Assembly: GCA_964200185.2 (NCBI GenBank) | Contig: CAXNAD020000042.1 | Span: 1 to 37,113, forward strand | Length of the DNA: 37,113 nucleotides | Source: Choristocarpus tenellus KU-1152 | Taxonomy: Eukaryota; Protista; Phaeophyceae | Direction: 5' to 3' | Shown here: piece after piece, positions 35,901-37,113 of the stretch | Position numbering within the stretch: position 1 is the first letter of the stretch | How the letters are laid out: each line of letters begins with the position of its first letter | Position numbers and translations under genes: made by a program | The notes under the pieces: generated by a model | The model's input: the letters and a program-made list of their open reading frames with translations, nothing else | Databases searched by the model: none | What the model was told of the DNA's origin: nothing

Positions 35901-36408
35901 CACGCCTTTTCTTCTCCAGACCCAGAATCCGCAAAGAAGTCAAAAGAAAGTTCGAGAGGCTGTTGGCACACTGATCAAGATGGAAAATTGGGATGGGATA
36001 GCAGAGGTTATGAAGAGACTGCCTTCAGGTACTTTATACTGTAGTATTGTTGTGCACACTTTAGAGGTAGATATATCAAGAACGATAGTTCAAACTTAAG
36101 TTAATCTACCCCACATGAGAAGCCTGTGCAGTTCTTTTACCAGACAAGGATTAGGGTGAGTAGATTTTGAAATCCTTGTAAAATTTTTCCGAGGCAAGTG
36201 GCGTAATAACTCCTTGTTACAACTACTGTGTGTCACCTGATATGCACTGGTAGCTCCAATCTTTGCAGATTCATTTTGCAAGTCTTTCCGAGCAACAATG
36301 GAGGCTGTTCCACAGTACTACAACACTTCGAGGTACCTTCCACTGGACAAGCTAGCCCACATGCCTAAGAAGTTTTCCTTGGACAATGATGGTGCAGAAC
36401 ATGAGATG
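5790..36408 (+). CDS. Large multi-exon gene, 3'-incomplete: EF-hand + IQ + CLU + CLU-central + LamG + TPR-like protein (divergent CLU-family member)
   Basis: Manual exon chain: 5790-5836, 5985-6242, 6284-6685, 6751-6913, 7095-7166, 7523-7626, 9708-9813, 10091-10195, 11199-11342, 12430-12639, 13572-13739, 13851-14015, 20121-20483, 20733-20934, 21754-21893, 22386-22747, 22957-23137, 23530-23703, 23954-24091, 24328-24555, 26034-26358, 26480-26718, 27768-28076, 28554-28784, 29187-29270, 29734-29916, 30059-30247, 30624-30727, 30971-31103, 31434-31714, 32483-32585, 32918-32989, 33295-33405, 33696-33914, 34029-34403, 35920-36028, 36269-36408. Boundaries are GT(GC)-AG and phases join into one open frame. 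The first three exons are the least certain. Confidence 0.85.
5985..6242 (+). CDS. Exon, low-complexity acidic N-terminal segment
   Basis: Within ORF 5980-6273 (RCLPGLPTMPRR...DDDESDEG). Donor GG|GTATGT. Confidence 0.6.
6284..6685 (+). CDS. Exon (boundaries uncertain)
   Basis: Open frame NDKSARPYQF...FNPEFFSPVFFGYSSALELEAAESAKR...DKYNVFE. Requires a 41-nt upstream intron. Donor GA|GTATGC fits the phase of the next exon. An internal GTGAGA donor at 6546 is unresolved. Confidence 0.5.
6751..6913 (+). CDS. Exon, charged coiled coil
   Basis: CTTAG|A...SELELEENRILKKQKDHRNNILNKMKEDAMKRREVRVQK|GTGGGA. Confidence 0.8.
7095..7166 (+). CDS. Exon, coiled coil; GC donor
   Basis: CCCAG|VEQMKEDFEKLSKQRRLEMEAARK|GCAAAG. 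Phase 0 matches the next acceptor. Confidence 0.75.
7523..7626 (+). CDS. Exon
   Basis: CACAG|VLSANDFRLMENQWNKDEAVITQAQETELTDKKT..|GTAAGC. Confidence 0.8.
7690..8400 (-). mobile_element. Decayed CRE-like non-LTR RT in intron
   Basis: Ordered remnants: PRTIGIANVCK (RPI.VG.V.RR), VPLQY (L.P.Q.G), VLHLCGIEKAFPS (LD..NAFNS), GAIIWDPHG (G..QGDPLG). Confidence 0.45.
9708..9813 (+). CDS. Exon
   Basis: TTCTCAG|(K)FAFLNREDFYSIQEMENLIKHVDMVEESREPKGEE|GTGAGG. Phase-2 start matches 7626. Confidence 0.75.
10091..10195 (+). CDS. Exon, coiled coil
   Basis: GACAG|LQVLAQEEVERVANSLKTITRDMEMAQKELLTGQT|GTGAGT. Confidence 0.75.
11199..11342 (+). CDS. Exon spanning a 10-N assembly gap
   Basis: TACTAG|EIRGKMKWAATEGAMDGSLILLEGRVT[gap]TLQRELNSLLKELEE|GTGCCT. 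Confidence 0.75.
12430..12639 (+). CDS. Exon, EF-hand module (N-part)
   Basis: TTCCAG|AEVML...FDVLSAVGMSTSDTLWEKLTFVTNLFDINNNK|GTGACA resembles the NCS/calcineurin-B pattern 'EKL..AF.LYD.D.DG'. Confidence 0.85.
13572..13739 (+). CDS. Exon, EF-hand module (C-part)
   Basis: GACAG|LMDKDEICALLVTMSNV...EEMESVVLRAFLEGSLDHHTGMTTYE|GTAAGA completes the loop DINNNKLMDKDE. Confidence 0.85.
13851..14015 (+). CDS. Exon
   Basis: TGCAG|VKSWLAGVVARSQKLSDVMGADW...MVSVVDLKYK|GTGAGA. Confidence 0.8.
14030..14280 (-). mobile_element. Possible decayed RLE endonuclease end of a CRE-like element
   Basis: ORF 14005-14277 ends AWMFLLLPLQTFP, similar to the F.PL..ETFG motif, preceded by a D-containing strand and an Ala/Lys helix. 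Confidence 0.3.
14568..14619. repeat. 21-bp tandem repeat, ~2.5 copies
   Basis: gaggtagartaggttggaata units. Confidence 0.85.
15671..15702. repeat. (TACTC)n microsatellite
   Basis: tactctactctactctactctactct. Confidence 0.9.
16700..17450 (-). mobile_element. Decayed LINE APE (exonuclease III-like) endonuclease
   Basis: Minus strand in order: VWNVK (SWNV), IVILKEN (IV.LQET), AATYP (NVYAP), KGDYG (GDFN), HHIDLLLV (IDYILV). Interrupted by stops. Confidence 0.55.
19472..19830. repeat. Tandem duplication of ~180 bp (2 diverged copies)
   Basis: Copy 1 ~19472-19647 and copy 2 ~19649-19830 share tttgactccctcaatt...ttagtataccaatccttggcttggaaa...ttctcatgttgtcttga. Confidence 0.95.
20121..20483 (+). 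CDS. Exon with IQ calmodulin-binding motif
   Basis: TTAAG|VARDLIK...VIKLQNVYRGKVARNA...EEILK|GTACGG. LQxxxRGxxAR lies at ~20352-20384. Confidence 0.9.
20733..20934 (+). CDS. Exon
   Basis: ATTAG|RETESGVARMKWDAKVRMKQAKLR...ITDI G|GTAAGC. Confidence 0.85.
21754..21893 (+). CDS. Exon
   Basis: GGTAG|(G)ESKQGG...SQLLE|GTAATT. Phase 1 in, phase 0 out. Confidence 0.8.
22386..22747 (+). CDS. Exon
   Basis: GAAAG|VNVSNLKELL...GLFPPELYYVGESFEESHHR|GTGAGC. Confidence 0.85.
22957..23137 (+). CDS. Exon
   Basis: CTCAG|LQMAQSDPPEEELKARIQSW...SGNLQ|GTAAGG. Confidence 0.85.
23530..23703 (+). CDS. Exon
   Basis: GACAG|AMVVDLSTHF...TAQIE|GTAAGA. Confidence 0.85.
23954..24091 (+). CDS. Exon, coiled coil
   Basis: CAAAG|VEKGIEKAEEDY...IQKRVQ|GTTGGT. 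Confidence 0.85.
24328..24555 (+). CDS. Exon, lead-in to CLU domain
   Basis: ACCAG|SILEAK...YRYKWAQRYATAMDAEENSEEDLQ|GTACTG. YKWAQRY occupies the position of CLU 'RDWNEEFQ'. Confidence 0.85.
26034..26358 (+). CDS. Exon, CLU domain
   Basis: NDFLETAKHIAVTVVDE...KKTIQP...NIRFKVCCDDHGIFNGDDEAAAK matches the CLU-family pattern 'DF...A...A..II.E...KTI.P...IFFK.A.D..G...GD..A.K'. Confidence 0.9.
26480..26718 (+). CDS. Exon, CLU domain core
   Basis: PLSCIVDYHGFRVLAVAKAPI...LVHGTIDQGKTI...AKKLNLSQHYV matches CLU 'VDY.G.R..A.S..P...YGS.D.G.T...A..LNL..H.V'. Confidence 0.92.
27768..28076 (+). CDS. Exon, CLU domain C-part (absent from the supplied ORF track)
   Basis: ATCCAG|GTNDLNTKGLWASADLRVYRSGNDFYLLNFWRAFPSEDP...IFWRGLRPELVQSNPVALSPDA...ATHRLVNE|GTATGT. 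'LRPELV' and 'LSPDA' are CLU hallmarks. Confidence 0.92.
28554..28784 (+). CDS. Exon, CLU-central (eIF3 p135-like) start plus start of inserted module
   Basis: VIPQFAEEL...MHRRGIGVRHMGLLR matches 'IP.F...H..GIN.RYLG'. Confidence 0.9.
29187..29270 (+). CDS. Exon, inserted beta-rich module
   Basis: TACAG|VRIAGNIYTISLKAKHEYSASGLTLDRK|GTGAGA. Confidence 0.8.
29734..29916 (+). CDS. Exon, CLU-central
   Basis: LLLAEMVARTAKNLLRRYLR matches 'EM.AR..K..LR..LR'. Donor CAG|GTTAGA. Confidence 0.9.
30059..30247 (+). CDS. Exon, CLU-central
   Basis: VEFLNMIVGS...HFWKEELLWGIRDRF matches 'FLN.L.G...W...I...F'. Confidence 0.88.
30624..30727 (+). CDS. Exon, end of CLU-central
   Basis: GCCAG|DMLGFSL...FTTLDLSNTPLR|GTAAGA joins the next exon to give 'F...D.....RIKH' (CLU 'F...DI....P.VKH'). 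Confidence 0.85.
30971..31103 (+). CDS. Exon, helix plus start of LamG domain
   Basis: IKHNLPMLEFAEA...YIQLVQKDNPHFYLTLQ|GTGATG. Confidence 0.85.
31434..31714 (+). CDS. Exon, LamG/concanavalin A-like domain
   Basis: ERKGSKVAVNHG...GYY..G...PGPI...RAVYF...FSVEAWV. Confidence 0.9.
31947..32136. repeat. AT-rich minisatellite (~56-bp unit plus partial units)
   Basis: Recurrent atgatctgccatgtat.ttattg...attaaggattgtgcta. Confidence 0.9.
32483..32585 (+). CDS. Exon, LamG
   Basis: AACAG|(R)YTILVTRKNIWAVTVSTNQGAEYTVLGPPVSQAK|GTAATG. Confidence 0.8.
32918..32989 (+). CDS. Exon, LamG signature
   Basis: AATAG|WTHMAATYDGTIVRMYANSELVGQ|GTGAGG matches 'W.HVA.TYDG...LYVNG.L'. Confidence 0.9.
33295..33405 (+). 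CDS. Exon, coiled-coil insert
   Basis: CACAG|VELQEAVERQEEERRVNRQNTIEQLIQEEANARERCK|GTCAAT. Confidence 0.85.
33696..33914 (+). CDS. Exon, coiled-coil insert
   Basis: TCCAG|DETEDQAKSFFKTKEGKAK...EMFNMQK|GTGAAG. Confidence 0.85.
34029..34403 (+). CDS. Exon, LamG C-terminal strands then TPR-like helices
   Basis: PLRVGA...NFFGGDLCHIAVY...LSSDSVRAHYLAG is followed by RLYVLAGVRFEAALEFAPNDREIISQYA. Confidence 0.9.
34518..34574. repeat. (TACTATCA)n 8-bp tandem repeat
   Basis: About seven near-perfect units. Confidence 0.95.
35920..36028 (+). CDS. Exon
   Basis: CTCCAG|TQNPQRSQKKVREAVGTLIKMENWDGIAEVMKRLPS G|GTACTT. Confidence 0.85.
36269..36408 (+). CDS. Last exon visible; GC donor
   Basis: TTGCAG|(D)SFCKSFRATMEAVPQYY...GAEHEM|GCAAGT. 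An alternative in-frame acceptor lies at 36254. Confidence 0.7.
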
Positions 36409-37054
36409 GCAAGTTCTCTATCCCAATTATCTGTCTACTGAAGAGTGTCTGCAAGCCCATTTAGAGCAGATGTGTCTGTGTGCACGCGTGTGTGTGTGTT
36501 TGTGACACTGTCCATGGCTCCCATATGACCCATTTGACATGGTTGAAGATCACAGAAGGCAGCGATGTATTTTTCAAAGATAAAATGGTGGTGCACTAGA
36601 TACTTTTTTTGTACCGGGGATGATCCCATTCTTGAAGTATAATGTGGTTGACCTACTTTTAGCTGAGTTTATCAGTTCTTTACATCTTCTTGTTCATTCC
36701 ATGAACAACTATAAAATATAGTAAGTGTGTGAGACTACTCCGATGTGCTTGAAAACCACTTCAAACCACAAGGTATTTACCAAGTGCAGATAGTGACTGA
36801 GAATACTACTACTAGGGTAATATTTTGCCTCCAGATAGTGAGTCAGTGGTACAGTGGTATGTACACAACCTGTGAGAGAACCCAACATTGAACCTGTACT
36901 CTGAAAACTAAATGACATTGTACAACTATTCTTTTTTTTGTTTCTTGGCTTGACATGGCTTGACATGGCATTGGGAGACATCTGTTTCCTCTGCTGAGAG
37001 AAAGTGCAGGGTTGAAATTACCTTCCTATCTGAAGTACTTGGGTACTGCTTACT

Positions 37055-37113
37055 TCCCCCCCCCCCCCCCCCCCCCCCCCCCCACACACCACCCCCCCCC
37101 CCCCACCACCCCC
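37055..37113. repeat. Poly-C tract at window end
   Basis: Long C homopolymer, possibly a low-quality contig end. Confidence 0.9.

Noticed and set aside
37055-37113. Poly-C as a functional G-quadruplex/i-motif
   Set aside because: It sits at the sequence end, where homopolymer artefacts are likely.

Overview
Intron-rich eukaryotic genomic DNA. A stramenopile-like or protist origin is my inference only, and there are no prokaryotic operons, RNA genes or CRISPR arrays. The window is dominated by one + strand gene that I spliced by hand into about 37 exons (~5790 to >36408). It encodes at least ~2300 aa, every intron phase is consistent, and no stop codon is reached, so it continues past the window. 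Predicted architecture: N-terminal coiled coils, a calcineurin-B/NCS-like EF-hand module, an IQ motif, a helical linker, a divergent CLU (clustered-mitochondria) domain, a CLU-central (eIF3 p135-like) domain carrying a ~70-aa inserted beta-rich module, a bacterial-type LamG/concanavalin A domain split by a ~140-aa coiled coil, and TPR-like helices. The first ~4.4 kb and the large introns hold heavily CpG-decayed retroelement relics (Ty1/copia, CRE-like RLE non-LTR fragments, a LINE APE endonuclease), microsatellites and minisatellites. A CpG-rich island at ~5150-5900 marks the probable promoter and may also drive a small divergent spliced transcript. All domain calls come from motif recognition by eye, not from database searches.
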